DNA of 61,921 bases, filler included, from Sphacelaria rigidula (GCA_964200075.2; 6 parts of 6 records of this genome joined end to end with filler, not necessarily neighbours in it), one strand, 5' to 3'; positions 45,901 through 58,452 are shown, counted from the whole stretch's first letter. A program made the numbers and translations. The notes: generated by a model not told the origin, from the sequence alone.

Positions 45901-48900
45901 CAAAATGCTCTCTTGGAGCTTTTGCGTCGTTTTACGCCCTTAAACAGAGCTAGGCGGATTTTGACACGTGGAAGTGCCTTGCTGTTCTCTTTGAGGTGGT
46001 TCCGGCACACCTGTGCGTTTTCCCGGTGGCCGCAATTTTTCTCTAGCCCAAAATTCCGTATTCCTCGGAGAACACTCATTTTTATCAGAGGCCGGTCATA
46101 TCCACATCATCAATAATACGTTCATTACAATCACTCACACTATTATATTATTATTATTACCAATGATGCCGTAATCATCATCACCATCATGATGACGGCG
46201 CAAAATGCGCCTGAATACTACGTCATAATACCGCAGGAAACCTGTACGTGCTGGGAAGCCGGTCGTCCCGGTGGCTCAGTTGGTAACCTCAAAAGCTCCT
46301 GACAGGTGGGTCGTGTATTCGAATCTCGGAGCGATCTGAGATTCTTCTCACATAATACCCAGCTGTGAAGACCGGTCGCCCCGGTGGCTCAGTTGGTGAC
46401 CTCGAAACCTTCTGGCGGTTGGGTCGTGGGTTCGAATCTCGGAGCGATCTGAATTTTTTTCTCCCACAGTGCTCAACAGTGGAGAGCGACTATGTCGTTG
46501 GTACACAAAAATCGACTTCACGGTCGACGAGGGAAGGGGACCGCTAACCCCCTCTCGCGATAAAAAATATACGCAAGCACGGCAGAAGGAAGGTGGAGTA
46601 CCAAAATAAATGATCAAGAGAAAGACTCCTGTGTGACCCCGGCTGGTGCGCCCACATATACCGAGAGGTGTAGACCGTCATCCAGAATAGATGGTACAAC
46701 ACAGCACACACAGTGTGGAGAGCGACTATGTTGTGGGTAGACGACATTCGACATAACGGGCGACGAGAGAAAGGGGCAGCTGAACCCCTCTGGCAACAAA
46801 AAAAAAAACTAGTAAACGTAAGCAGGGAGGGGGAGAACTTAACCAAGTTAAAAAACAAGGAAAAAAAAAAAACTCCTGACATGGCCTTCCTCCTGTGTGA
46901 CCCCGGCTGATGCGCCCACATGTACCGACAGGTGTAGACTGACGTCCAGAATAAATGGGACGATAACACACACACCGAGGAGCTGAGAAGTCCCAATGTG
47001 CAACGTTCATGACTATCTTGGCTCATATGTACTACACACGACTTTGGCCCTGCTCAACGCTGCAAGACAGTCTTGCGCAGCAAAGTTCACCACAAGGTTG
47101 CCATGTTTCGGAACATTGCTTCTGCTTACCTGCGGTTCACCGAACGTGTAGCAAATTTCGCACGGCGAGTCATCGTCACTGAGTTCTTGTGTACAGGACC
47201 AGCGATATGCGGGTAAACGGCTCTCGTCGCGAGTTTTGTCGCAACTGCATCCGCCCTCACCGCACTCGTCTTCTCTCTCATCGTAGGCGGTGCAAGATGA
47301 GATGGTAACGTCAGTCACCTCATCAGCATCCATCCACTGGGGTCCTGAAGATATGGGGAGGTACGGATTGCAGATACGGCCGTCGTTCAGTTAGGGAAGG
47401 TATAGACAGTACTGCGGGGTCCCACCACAGTGCGGGGTCCGTTCACAGCGCGGTCATACGAGGTTCGCAACGTATGATGATGGGATGATGGGACTTCCAC
47501 TACGTATATACTGACTGTACAGTGCAGACAGTGAAGGTAAGTGTAGTACATTGATCGTACGATCAAGTTGAATGGTACATGCCGTACCCGCGGGTAATCC
47601 AGGGATGTGTCCGGAGGACAACCTCCGCGGTGCGGACCATCATTATTGAAAACCTCACCGGGCGGAGAGGGTATCTGAATATCCGAAAAATACGGATTAT
47701 GACGGAGCGGATACCCGCGATGGAAAATGTCACGGATTATAGCGGAGAGAATATCCGGCCTTAATTATGTCACGGGGCGGAGCGGATTTTCCGAATGTGG
47801 TACAGAGCGGAGCGGAGTGGATATCCGCTTGTGAGAAAAGTCACGGATTGTCACGTAGCGGATATCCGCCCCCTACAAATGCCACGTAGCTTTGCGGCTT
47901 GTCAAACTGCACCGTAATAATCCGCTCCGCGGATTTGTTCTCAATCCGTACACATCCCTGTTACAGATCTATAATTCCTGGCGGCGTGTATGGGGATTGT
48001 TGTTTTTGTTGTTGCCATCACATTAAAGATCGTGCTGTACGGGGATGTGTTGATGAATCAACTGTTCTAATAAAAGTTGCAGGAGCCATATATCTAGTCC
48101 GTGGGCACCTGGCACATATGAGCTGGAACGGGTGCATGAGTTTTTTTCATCAATACTGTCTATCGTCAGGTCTTCGAGCGTCATGAGAAGTCATTACACG
48201 CCCGATTTAGGGCTTCGTTGTGAGCCGAGATCTCGGGGGCGTTACAATGACGTGCGGAACCAGTTCTACATAAAAAGTAGGAACAGTGGTATGTTCTGGG
48301 ACCCAAGGTGAAGAAAAGATAAGTAGTGTAGCCACTGTCAGATGTGCAAGGATCCTATCACCCCAATTTATGGTCGCACGAGGTCTAGTTGTGCCTTCTG
48401 GTTGCAAGTGGGCTGGTGTGTTCGAGGTTGAAACAAGAAGAGTAAACAAAACTTGTATGCAGGATCGGAAGGTCTGAGATTACGGCGTACGTTCGAAGGG
48501 TAATACAACAAAAATGTAATACCGACTCGCACCGGCAGACAGTCTCGCGGTAATCACAAGTCAGTCCCCGACGCCATCTGCCGGAGCCGCTTTTTGTAGC
48601 ACAGTTAGCGCGAACGTGGATTGACAGGCAGACGGGGTTTGCCAATAGCACGAGACGTGTTGACACCGTACCCTGCGCCGGAAGTAAAATATCCTAGCGT
48701 ACGAAACTGTTCACGGGTCATTCACTTTCTCCCTGTTCTTCCGCTTCCTCACAGGCATGCGATGCCACCCCCTGCAGAAATTCATCCCCCCCAGTGTACA
48801 GAATTGTTTCAACAAATCTATCGACTAATTGCATCGGAGTACAGGGGCCCTTGTAAATATTTACTGAATATGACTTTTGCAATTTCGAGTCACCCTCATT

Positions 48901-49655
48901 TGGCACGGAGTTCGACACTCATCATGCTGTACTGCTGTTGTCTGTACTCATGTCTGCTGTATTGTGTTACAGTAGTTTTGAACCGACTCTATTCCGAGTC
49001 TTTTGTACTGACCGCAACATGCCATCCCCAGAGGAAGCAGCAACGTAGGGAAGGGTCGGAACGCTGCGTTACATCTACCGCGAGTCACTGAACAAGCGCT
49101 CGATAGCTGAGCGGAAACGACTCTCGTGAGACACCCGAAGCAGGGATCGATTTGGAGATAACTTGATGTATTTCCGGAAATATCCTTAAACATGTTGGGA
49201 GACAACAGCTCAACACCATACAGCAGTACTAGGAAACCGAGACCCCGACTGTGAGATACTTCTCTACAAGGTTGAACCTTTGACGAGTGCAGATGCTATA
49301 TTCAAAATCATACACTTTTTCCACTTCAGTACGTTCCCGGTTGAACCTTTGGCGAGTACTACACTCAAAATCAAACACAACTTTCCATCTCTCGTTCTCG
49401 TTGAGAAATCTCAACACCATTTCCCAGGAATGCCTGTCACTTACTGATACTCCCAACACTTGTCCCGTCGCTTTGAGTTCCGCATGTGCTCTGCGAAAAA
49501 AGAGGAGCGTTCCAAAATCTCTCACCTTCATCAGTGCCCGAATCATCAAACGTGCGGAAGTATGATGGGTAGTCAGCGTAAGGGTCGGAGGAGGTTGTTG
49601 CTAGCACGGTGGTGGCGGTGACCGACGCGAGGAAAATGATGATGAAGCAGCGCAT
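42968..49655 (-). CDS. Secreted acidic Cys-rich protein with an F5/8-type-C/CBM32-like domain resembling a brown-algal/phaeovirus (EsV-1) family; complete, 197 aa
   Basis: Exons 49655-49526, 47344-47130, 44189-43974 and 43000-42968 (TAA), all GT-AG and in phase, 594 nt in total. Signal peptide MRCFIIIFLASVTATTVLA. Motifs: GCSCDKTRD...RWSC...PCEICYTFGEPQDIEWVRIAFYKGRERQRSF...EWFSLLEVEF. Confidence 0.85.
46261..46460 (+). mobile_element. Two tandem tRNA-like Pol III units (SINE heads or tRNA pseudogenes)
   Basis: Units at ~46261-46336 and ~46374-46449, each with A-box TGGCTCAGTTGG and B-box G(G/A)TTCGAATC. The second is followed by T8. No standard anticodon arm. Confidence 0.6.
46480..46975. 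repeat. Two tandem ~240-nt copies of an interspersed repeat
   Basis: Shared gtggagagcgactatg and ctcctgtgtgaccccggctg.tgcgcccacat.taccga.aggtgtagac cores. The core also occurs at ~52780-52850 and inverted at ~61615-61685. Confidence 0.75.
47600..47960. mobile_element. hAT-like MITE (CAGGGATGTG...CACATCCCTG)
   Basis: 16-nt imperfect TIRs and internal GCGGA/TCCGC sub-terminal repeats. No 8-bp TSD is visible. Confidence 0.6.
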
Positions 49656-51970
49656 GGTGTCCCGAGCTTTCTAGACGCGCAGTGAGTTCGAAGAAACGTA
49701 ACTTAGTTAGGGGTAGCTCGGGTAATGTTGAAGCTGTGCAGTACCAAGTGAGAGTGATCTGAAAGGGAGGTTGGAGGGCGAGGATGTTCGCGGTTTGCAT
49801 ACGTAACATCTGTCTGTACCCAATAGCACCTGAGTAAAGGTATCGGGGCATTGTCAGAAAAAAGTCGGGCCACTGGTCGGATCTTTATAAATATGGAATT
49901 AATAATTCTGTCAAGCCCATAACCCTTCAGACCGTGAGGAGGGTAGTCCGTCTGGATCACGCATACTTTTTCGAGTGGAATTAATGCGAATTCAACAAGT
50001 GACCTACTGTAGTGATGGTGAAGCGACGGTTCACAACTTAATTATCACGAGAGGTCACGGCCGGTACAGGAGAGGGGTGATTACCAAGTGGGCGGGAACA
50101 ATGTTTGGCACCATAAATAAGGCGATGTCAACCCGATCGCCAATCCTGAACCTAGCTATTAATAGCCCCGGCCAAGGCACAAGAGAAACCTCGGATACAG
50201 GGGGTGTAGGGGCATTCGTAGGCAAAGTTTTGCGTCGGCAAATCTCAACCCTCGGACAGCGAGAGTAGGTGATTTGTTGAATCGGCGCTAGCCTCACTTG
50301 AAAAAATGATGCATACGATCCAGATGGACTACAGTAACCTCGCGATCTGAGGGCGAAATCGGCGCCTGCTGCTCCGACTTTTGACACGTAGACATTGTTG
50401 GCAACGAGGTAGGAGCAGGTGGGATTGTAGCTTGGCGAGGTGAAGATGCACTGGGACATACCTCACTTATTTTGACTAGCGGCCAAAGTCCGCAACACAA
50501 CACAAGCCAGACCTCCAACACACAGAAGCGCGACTATGGCCGAGCGTTCAAACTTGGCACCCGCCCAAAATTGAGAGCCTCAGGGAGCCCTCTTTCCTCT
50601 TTACGAAATGGTCGCGAAAACATGGTTGACACAAATAAAGAGGTACCGGCAGCAGAGAGACATCGACATAATTGTTGTCCAACCATACTTGTATGATTGA
50701 AAAACAAATGTTTGGCCGTATGTTCGGATCTTGTTTTCGACTGCTTTTGGCAAGAGGGCGATCACTGGGGTGTTCGGGCGGATGAAACTCGGGTCTAGTC
50801 CTGAAGTTCAGAGCAAAGATGGAACCGTCACCCGACTTCGGTTAAACAACTGGCTTTGGAAGACCCTACCAACTTGATTAACCCTTGGACAGCGAGAGTA
50901 GGTCATCTGTTGAATTGGCATCAATTTCACTCGAAAAAAATATGCATGACCCAGATAGACTACCCTCGCGGTCTGGGGGTTGAAACAACTGGCAGAATTG
51001 TACAGGTATGACCGTGCCACTATCAGGGTGTTTGCGCAGAACAAATTTGGCTCGGATCTTCGAGTCCAGAGCATGAGCGGACTGCAACCCGATTATGGTT
51101 CAACAACCAGCGGATTATCCTCTTTTTAATTATCCTTTTTTCACAGGGGATTAGCCCCATAACGACCCGTGCTGAGTCCTACAGATGGGGCCCCAGGTCT
51201 GCGCGCAGGTTCGCAGGTTCAGAAATGCGGCGGGTCTGGAAGTAATCGTTAGTCAAAGGTCTGTGTAATTCTGCTGACAACTGCAGACAAGGACCAACCA
51301 ACCAGCCACCACAACATATACACACTTACACACCCCGCCCTCAAGAAACACGCACAGACACCCACCACTCGCGCGCATTAGTTGCACTGCCAGCCCTTGC
51401 CAATCTACACACGGCAGTCTTTCTTTGACGGAAATCCGTTCTGTATTGTTAGACGAATGGCGGCCGCGTGCGTGTCAGAAACAACCGGAAACGTGTCGTT
51501 GCTGACCGTTTTGTAAGGGTGTGCTGTGCGCGCGTCTCACACAAATCATCATTTCTCAATGAATTCTGAACAGATTTGAGCAAGGTNNNNNNNNNNNNNN
51601 NNNNNNNNNNNNNNNNNNNNNNNNNNNNNNTTAATTAATTAANNNNNNNNNNNNNNNNNNNNNNNNNNNNNNNNNNNNNNNNNNNNAAAGATCACTTGTT
51701 GGAAGCTGAAATGTTATGACCAAGGAGGGGGCGAGGAATGGGAGGGGAGCATGGGGCTCAAGAGGACAAGAAAAGAAAAGTGTATGAACTCACTTTAGTG
51801 GTTATCGTTGACAATCATCATATTTCGACACGGGAGACAAGTCTTTTTTTTGTGCGATTTCCTTCGTCGTTCTTATTAGCATTTGAAATTATCACAGGAG
51901 ACAGCTTTACATCAGCTCGTTCGAATCAAGGGACGATCTACACATGCCTTGTTTCGTCGAACATGAGTAG

Positions 51971-52468
51971 TCTAAAATCAAGTGATGATGTGGTTCATCT
52001 ATACTCAGTTTAAGTAACTCGCCTCTCAGCTACTCTAAAATCAAGCGACGAGGTTCACGGGTACTCAGTTCAAGTAACTTGCCTCTTTATTCTAAGATCA
52101 AATAACTTGCCTCAGCTGGTCTAAAGTCAAGTGACGTGGTTCCCCTGTACTCAGTTAAACTAACTCGCCCCAGCTATTCCGACTTGTTTCGTCTGTATTC
52201 TGATCAAGTAACTTGCGTCGGCTATTCTAAACTCAAGTGACGTCGTTCACCTGTACTCGGTTCAAGGAACTTGCCTCAGCTATTCTAAAATCAAGTGATC
52301 CGGTTCACCTATACTCAAAGTAACTCGCATGTTAGTCTAAAATCAAGTGAGCTGTTTCACCAATATTCTGATCAAGTAACTTCCCTCAGCTTTTCGACAA
52401 TCAAGTGGCGTGGTTCACCTATACTCGGTTCAAGCAACTTGCCGCCCTACTCTAAGATCGAGTAATTC
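51971..52468. repeat. Satellite array, ~58-nt dimeric unit
   Basis: About 8 diverged copies of TCTAAAATCAAGTGACGTGGTTCACCTATAC + TCAGTTCAAGTAACTTGCCTCAGCTAT. Confidence 0.85.
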
Positions 52469-54238
52469 GTTTAGTATAGGAATTAGGGTGTAAGTATATC
52501 TATATAGGATTTGGTATACCCCCCGCCTCCTTGAGCCGTGAAAACGAAAAAAGTGAAGTATGGGTGCTGGAATTTTTTCTTACATACCCGTGGGTCCTCA
52601 GCATCTTTTTTCTGTCGAACAAAAAAGCGCGGCGGAATCGATTCGATTGAATTCGTTTGTTTTGTGCGATTTGGGTCGAAGCGGATTGGCCAGCTTTCGA
52701 TCGAAAAAAGACGGTGGAATTCGTAAAGCGACACTTGTCCACCTGTAATAATCAGCACAGACAAAACAAGCAATAAAAAACTCTTGTGTGACCCTGAATG
52801 ATGCTTCCATATATGCCGAAAGGTGTAGAATGGCGTCCACAAGTAGATGAGATGAAAACTGCGCACCCTGGATGATGTCAATACATTACATGGTCGGAAA
52901 GTGTGCCATACACAGAGTGGAATATATCGCCTACTGCAGTACACGCTATAGTCTATACTGTGCGCAGTACAATTTTTGGCAATGTAATCTTCGGCCCAGG
53001 GTGTGGAAAACTGTGATTATGGCCTGTAATGACCCGACCCGCTTACTGGTCGTAACCCCTGGCACGTCAACCCGGCCTGTCACCCTGGGCACGTCAACCC
53101 CTGGGCTGTCATCCTCCAACCCCTTGTCCGGGCTATACGGTAGTCATGCTCCTCACTCAGGGCGTCTGTCCCGACGCCCCGCCGTCTCAGTCCTATCCTT
53201 GTCCCAAGTCTTTCTCTGCAGAGATTGCAAAAACCAAGTCAACGTCACGTCCCTACACGCGTCGTACCCTTACACCACGTGACAAGCTACAACCTACACC
53301 CACCCACCGTCCCGGGTTAGATAAGCCACGCCTGCCGTGCACGGGCCTCTCCACACTGTATACATACAGTCTGTCTGCGTCTGTGCGCGTGTTTCGTGCA
53401 GTAGGATGTGAAAAAGAAGTGTGCAAGGTACAGTACAGGCAGCATACGACTGTTTATACTCTCTGCATAGCGTACAATATGACAAGGACTTGAAGATCGT
53501 GCAGTTTTGTACTGTCTGCACACTGCACGAATGAGCGTGTACGCAAGTCGGTCGCCCACACCACTATTCAATTCCGCCCCCGATCGCTGCGACAAGAGTT
53601 GCTGAGGTTTTCGGCAACAAAAAAGAAACACCTCATGCCACGAAGGTGATAGTGCCGGCTCCCGTTACTGCAATGCATCCCTTGCGCTCAACTCGTGCTG
53701 TATGCTGCACTATCGTGGCGGTGACTAAAAATCAATTTGGTGGGGTTTGCATGGTTCTGTGAACGGATGGTATCCGGTGTTGTGGGTCAAGATATGAGAG
53801 TCAAGTGCCCCTTGGTGTTTTTTCGCCCCATTTTTTCGATAAAAACAAGCTGAGGCCGTGTCTTACCGAAAACAAGAAAAAAGCGGGACGAAGAGCGACA
53901 AGCGTCCAAAAGCAGCATGTTGATTGATCGCCGGGCGGGTCTATTGTTGCGGCGACTGATCAACATGCTGCCTTTCGACGCTTGTCGCTCTTCCCACTCT
54001 TTGTTGTTTTGTCTCATCAAGACACGCCGTGAGTCTTGGGATATTTTGCCTTCCATCCGCGCGCGAATAATTCTCCATAACAGTTGAAGCCAGCTAGAAA
54101 CATATGTGACGTGGACCTATCAGTTTGAAAAATATGTTACCTTCCACCGCACTTGTTCGATCGAAAAAATTATGGTGAGGCACACCCTGCCGCAACAGGC
54201 AAGATAATGAAAAAATCAAAATGTAATGCATACTATAT

Positions 54239-54443
54239 TGTAATGCGTGAGAGGAGAGCGTGCTTAGAGGACCGCATAGGAATTTGAAGACCCCTGTGGT
54301 TAGGGTTAGGGTTAGTGTTGGGGTTAGGGTCAGGGGCGTGGTACCTGTAGGGACTGACCCGATTGGTTTTGACAAACGTCGATCCTGAGGTACTCTGAAC
54401 TACGGCGCGGTCCTCTAAGCACGCGGTCCTCTCACGCATTACA
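54239..54443. mobile_element. TGT...ACA MITE with (TTAGGG)n tract, third copy
   Basis: TIRs TGTAATGCGTGAGAGGA / TCCTCTCACGCATTACA, perfect 4-bp TSD ATAT, internal ggttagggttagggttagtgttggggttaggg. Confidence 0.88.
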
Positions 54444-55743
54444 ATATGACCTCAACGACGGAACCGGATCCTTCGAATAATAACTAGAGCCTATAACAAA
54501 GCTGCGCATAGCTGGTCAACCACCAATGGGAAGTCTTGGCTGGTCCAGCTTGTAGTGATGCGTGTCGTAAACCAAGTTGCTATACCAAGTTGCTATATAC
54601 AGCAAGCACTACAGTAGGCGCCTGAACCGTTCATTTTGTAATTTCTTCGTAATCGGCGAGTTTCTCAAGCTCTTTCGCTTGCCACCGCTCATGACATTGG
54701 GGATCTGAAAATACTTGTATCCGCTCCACATTCCAAGAAAAAAAACTCTGCACTCAATATTGAGTGACCAACGGAATGACTGGTCATCGGGGGTCCTGAC
54801 ACGTTTCTGCCCAGATTCTGACTCTTCGGTACGAGTATTGTCCGTCGATCGAGCTTGTCCCGATCATATCTGTGAAGAAACGTACAGATTTTTGTTCTTG
54901 AAATTTTACCTACTCATTGCACTAGAGCCGAAAAACGATGTTTTATGGTCGAAAACACCCTTCTGATAAACGGGGTATCTACTCGTATCGCCCCATAAAA
55001 CCAACACTACCTTGGGCACTGGGGGGGAATACGGTACGTTCATCCCACCAAAATCTATCGACACTAGCCCTTTCGAGTTCTATCGAAGAGTAGTCGCGAG
55101 AAAAAACATCTTGAATAAAAATAGTTGAGGCACACAGTACTAGATGTACCCCGACATGCCCGGGATACATGACATCGATATCGTCAAAAATTGCATGGCA
55201 TTTCGATACCATTCATGGTATCTCGTGTCCAGCGAAATATCGTACGATACGTGATATATCCCGCAGAATTTGTAGCTTCATGCGTAAAAACCAGCTTTAT
55301 TCTAAAAAAAATTGAGACGTTTTAGATAAGTCTGGAAGCGATTATCCCCACAACGTATCCAACATCGTGTGGTATCACTTGACATCACATATCGGACATG
55401 GTACAAGCGTTATTGCCAATTTTTAACAGCAGCTATTGAATATCGTGTCGCGTCGATTTCTTTCTCGGTATGCATCACCATCTTCGATCTCAACCTTTTG
55501 ACCGCGAGGGTAGGTCACCTGCTCATTCGGCATCAATATTCACATGGAAAAAGTATGCGTGATGTAGATGGACTGCCCGCACCACGGTCTAAGGGTTAAG
55601 ACGAGCTCGATTTTCCAGTCCATGAAATGACTATTCGAGTAACTTTCTCGGAAATATATGGTCCAGAAATTACGCTAACCCTAACCTCAACCCAAACCCA
55701 AGGCATACCGAGAATCCTCGGGAAAGGAGATTGTAGAAGGTCA

Positions 55744-56093
55744 CACGCGGCCATTTGGCTACCCCCCAAAATGCCTCCGGAGGAATGCGCGGGCGCTCCA
55801 GAGGCTAGACAAGCCTCCGGAGGCCTTCAATCTCTCTGGAGGAAACCGAACGCTACCGACCTGGGGGGTCGTGCACCCTTCCGGAGGAATTCCGGGGTAG
55901 AAAGATACCTTCGGAGAGATGCGCGGCCCTCCAGAGGCAAAAACAAGCCTCCGGAGGCCTTCAATCCCTCTGGAGGACACCAAAATATCTCTTCTGGACG
56001 GCCGCGCACCCCTCCGGAGGCATTCAAGTCCTCTGGAGGCTCGAAAAGTTGACCGCCATGGAAGAATTTTGGGGGTGGCCAAATGGCCGCGTG
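55744..56093. mobile_element. CAC...GTG MITE with 3-bp TSD (CACTA/Chapaev-like)
   Basis: TIR CACGCGGCCATTTGGCTACCCCC / GGGGGTGGCCAAATGGCCGCGTG, TSD TCA, interior full of CCTCCGGAGG/CTCTGGAGG motifs. Confidence 0.85.
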
Positions 56094-57089
56094 TCATGCT
56101 ACGGGCGAAGCGCGCGTTGGCAGACGTCAAACCGGTGCCTGCGGCGCCGAGTTTTGACAAAAGCGCGTGACGCGCACGCTACTCGTAGGAGTCATATGGC
56201 GCAGTGGAAAAACTTGTGGGTTTCGTTTTTGTAGAGTACGGATGTGTTCGGTAGGGTATGAAGTTTCTCACAGAGCTTACAGAATTTTGTAGAGGTCGGA
56301 AATGGTTTGTCTAACCATTAACCAGTTGAATGGTTGCGCGTAGCGCACTCATTAACCAGTTAAATGGTACACAATGGTTTGATCATCGAGCGGCGCAGCC
56401 GTTAGCCAAAAAAGCCCCCCCCGGCATGGGGAGTTCCGCCGGAGGCGCTCCCGGAGGGCCCCGGTGGAGGCGCCGTGCCGGAAGCACGTTTGTACGCGAT
56501 TTGGTTTCACGAGAACTACAAAAATACGTAAAAGTTGGGCCAATTTTCAAGGGCTGTATGTAGCATACGTAGCCGGTAACGGTAAACAATGGTTTGAAAC
56601 CATTATCCAAAAATTTCATATAACCATTAACATTATTACCATTATAATGATAATGGTCACTTATTACTGGTACCATTTCCGAGCTCTAGAATTGTGGGGT
56701 GCGGTATCGAGGTTGTACATGAACCCTCACCTGCAACCAGGTATTTCTACAAGGGTATATCCGTACCCCGGGTAACGGTAAACGTTTTATACACATCCTA
56801 CGATATGTTGGGTACGGGTAATAATGCCCGAGTATACAAAAATTAATTCCCTGCAGAACACAACGTGCAAAAACTCTACCGCTCCAGACACGGGGAACAG
56901 AGGTGAATTTAAAAAGTACAAATTAAATAACTGCAAGAAATAGTCGTTCGACCGCCACCCCCTCAGATCGCCTCAATGTGCCTAGGCCAAGCCTTGTGGG
57001 TCGGAGTCATTATTTTTTTCAACGAACGATACGCCTGTTTACAGACGGGTGAGATACGGGTTGGAAACAAATAAGTATTCTACACACTA

Positions 57090-57469
57090 CACGCGGCCAT
57101 TCGGCTACCCCCATGAAAAACCCTCTATCGAGATTTTCACTCCCTCTAGGGTAAAATACCCTCCAGAGGGTACTTCATGCCCAGGTGCGGTCATAAACGA
57201 ATCCTCCGGAGGGCACCTGATGCTCCAGTGACTTCTGAGATCTGAATCCCTCGAGAGTAACAAAAAGATGGTGCTCTGGAGGGCCGTGCATCCTCCAAAT
57301 TCCTCCGGAGGATGCGCGGCCCTCCAGAGGCAAAACAAGCAAGCCTGTGGAGGCGTTTGATCCCGCCCCTCTGGAGGGCCGCGCACCCTCTGGAGGCGTT
57401 TAATTCCTTTGGCGGCTCGAATAGTTGACCGGAACAGAGTGTTATTGGGGGTAGCCGAATGGGCGCTTG
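57090..57469. mobile_element. Second copy of the CACGCGGCC MITE family
   Basis: Same TIRs, more degenerate on the right, with the same internal motifs. A third right end lies at ~10420-10481. Confidence 0.75.
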
Positions 57470-57560
57470 TGTATTGATTGATTGATTGATTGATTATATC
57501 ACATTGGCTGATTGCAACAATCCAGCCCGTGGTCAGGAGCAGCAAAAAAAATAACAGATA

Positions 57561-58250
57561 CTTCCTCTGTGCCATAGGTAAAGTCCGTTATGATCACACG
57601 GATCCTTAACCCTTTGGGAACCCATTGACGATTTTTGTATTTGTGAATCGGCATCATTTGAAGTTGAAAGTGGCTAAAAATGATGCCGATCCACAAATAC
57701 GAAAATCGTCAATGGGTTACGAAAGGGTTAACCGTGTCCAATGCCGTGGGCGATATTTTTTTTATGAAATCCTCAGGGTTTTTTCAGTCAAATCGCATTT
57801 TTTCCCCCCTGTTTGAGCAGCAGTCAGTGTGCGCGAGTGGCCGGTACACAATCAGTCGGCCCCCAAATGGCCATATTTCGCCCCTTTCCATAACACAGAG
57901 AAGAAAAGAACGGCAAAAATCTTGGAAACAACTGTAACTGGCTCTTTTTCTCCGGTTCATCGCCGGGTTACGATAGCTGCGCCTAGTCAGAAACCACTCG
58001 TTTACATTTCAGCCTTCGATTACTTCAAAACAAGTCAAATTCGTCGAAATTCGGCCGACAATGTACAGACTGGCGAAATTTGGCCATGTTTGACTCACTA
58101 ATTCTCAGTAATTTCGGCTCAGTTTTTTTTTCAGCGAGCATCAGCACATCAGTACTTTTTAAAAAAACCTCACTATGGCATCGTGGGCAACTCCGTTGGC
58201 GATATACGATATGCCCCCCATAACGGACTTTACTTACGGCACAGAGGAAG
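57561..58250. mobile_element. Stowaway-like (mariner) MITE
   Basis: TA TSDs. TIRs CTTCCTCTGTGCCATAGGTAAAGTCCGTTATG / CATAACGGACTTTACTTACGGCACAGAGGAAG. Confidence 0.88.
57610..57727. mobile_element. 118-nt piggyBac-type MITE nested in the Stowaway-like MITE
   Basis: TTAA on both sides (57606-09 and 57728-31), CCCTTT...AAAGGG termini, ~50-nt inverted arms. Confidence 0.85.
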
Positions 58251-58452
58251 TACAACCTATGTACTGCAGTCACACAATTATGTGATGAATGCTGCACTAC
58301 AGTGCTGCTAGCTGTGCGGCACTCAGCGGAGAACTGGTGGTTTTATAACATGAGCGCCCATGGGAACAAGCGGCCAGCAAGTAGTATTTCAATGCCTTTT
58401 TTTTTTCCCTCGAAGGAAGGAGGAAACCTGACCCGACATTTATTTCTCGTAC

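Noticed and set aside
46374-46449. tRNA-Sec or other functional tRNA
   Set aside because: No UCA anticodon, no long variable arm and no proper anticodon stem.
42968-49655. Endogenous phaeovirus insertion
   Set aside because: A single gene with three spliceosomal introns and no neighbouring viral core genes.
51971-52468. Regularly spaced ~58-nt repeats as a CRISPR-like array
   Set aside because: The intervening sequences are themselves homologous, so this is a satellite.
54298-54335. TTAGGG tracts as true telomeres
   Set aside because: Short, degenerate and internal to TIR-bounded MITEs.
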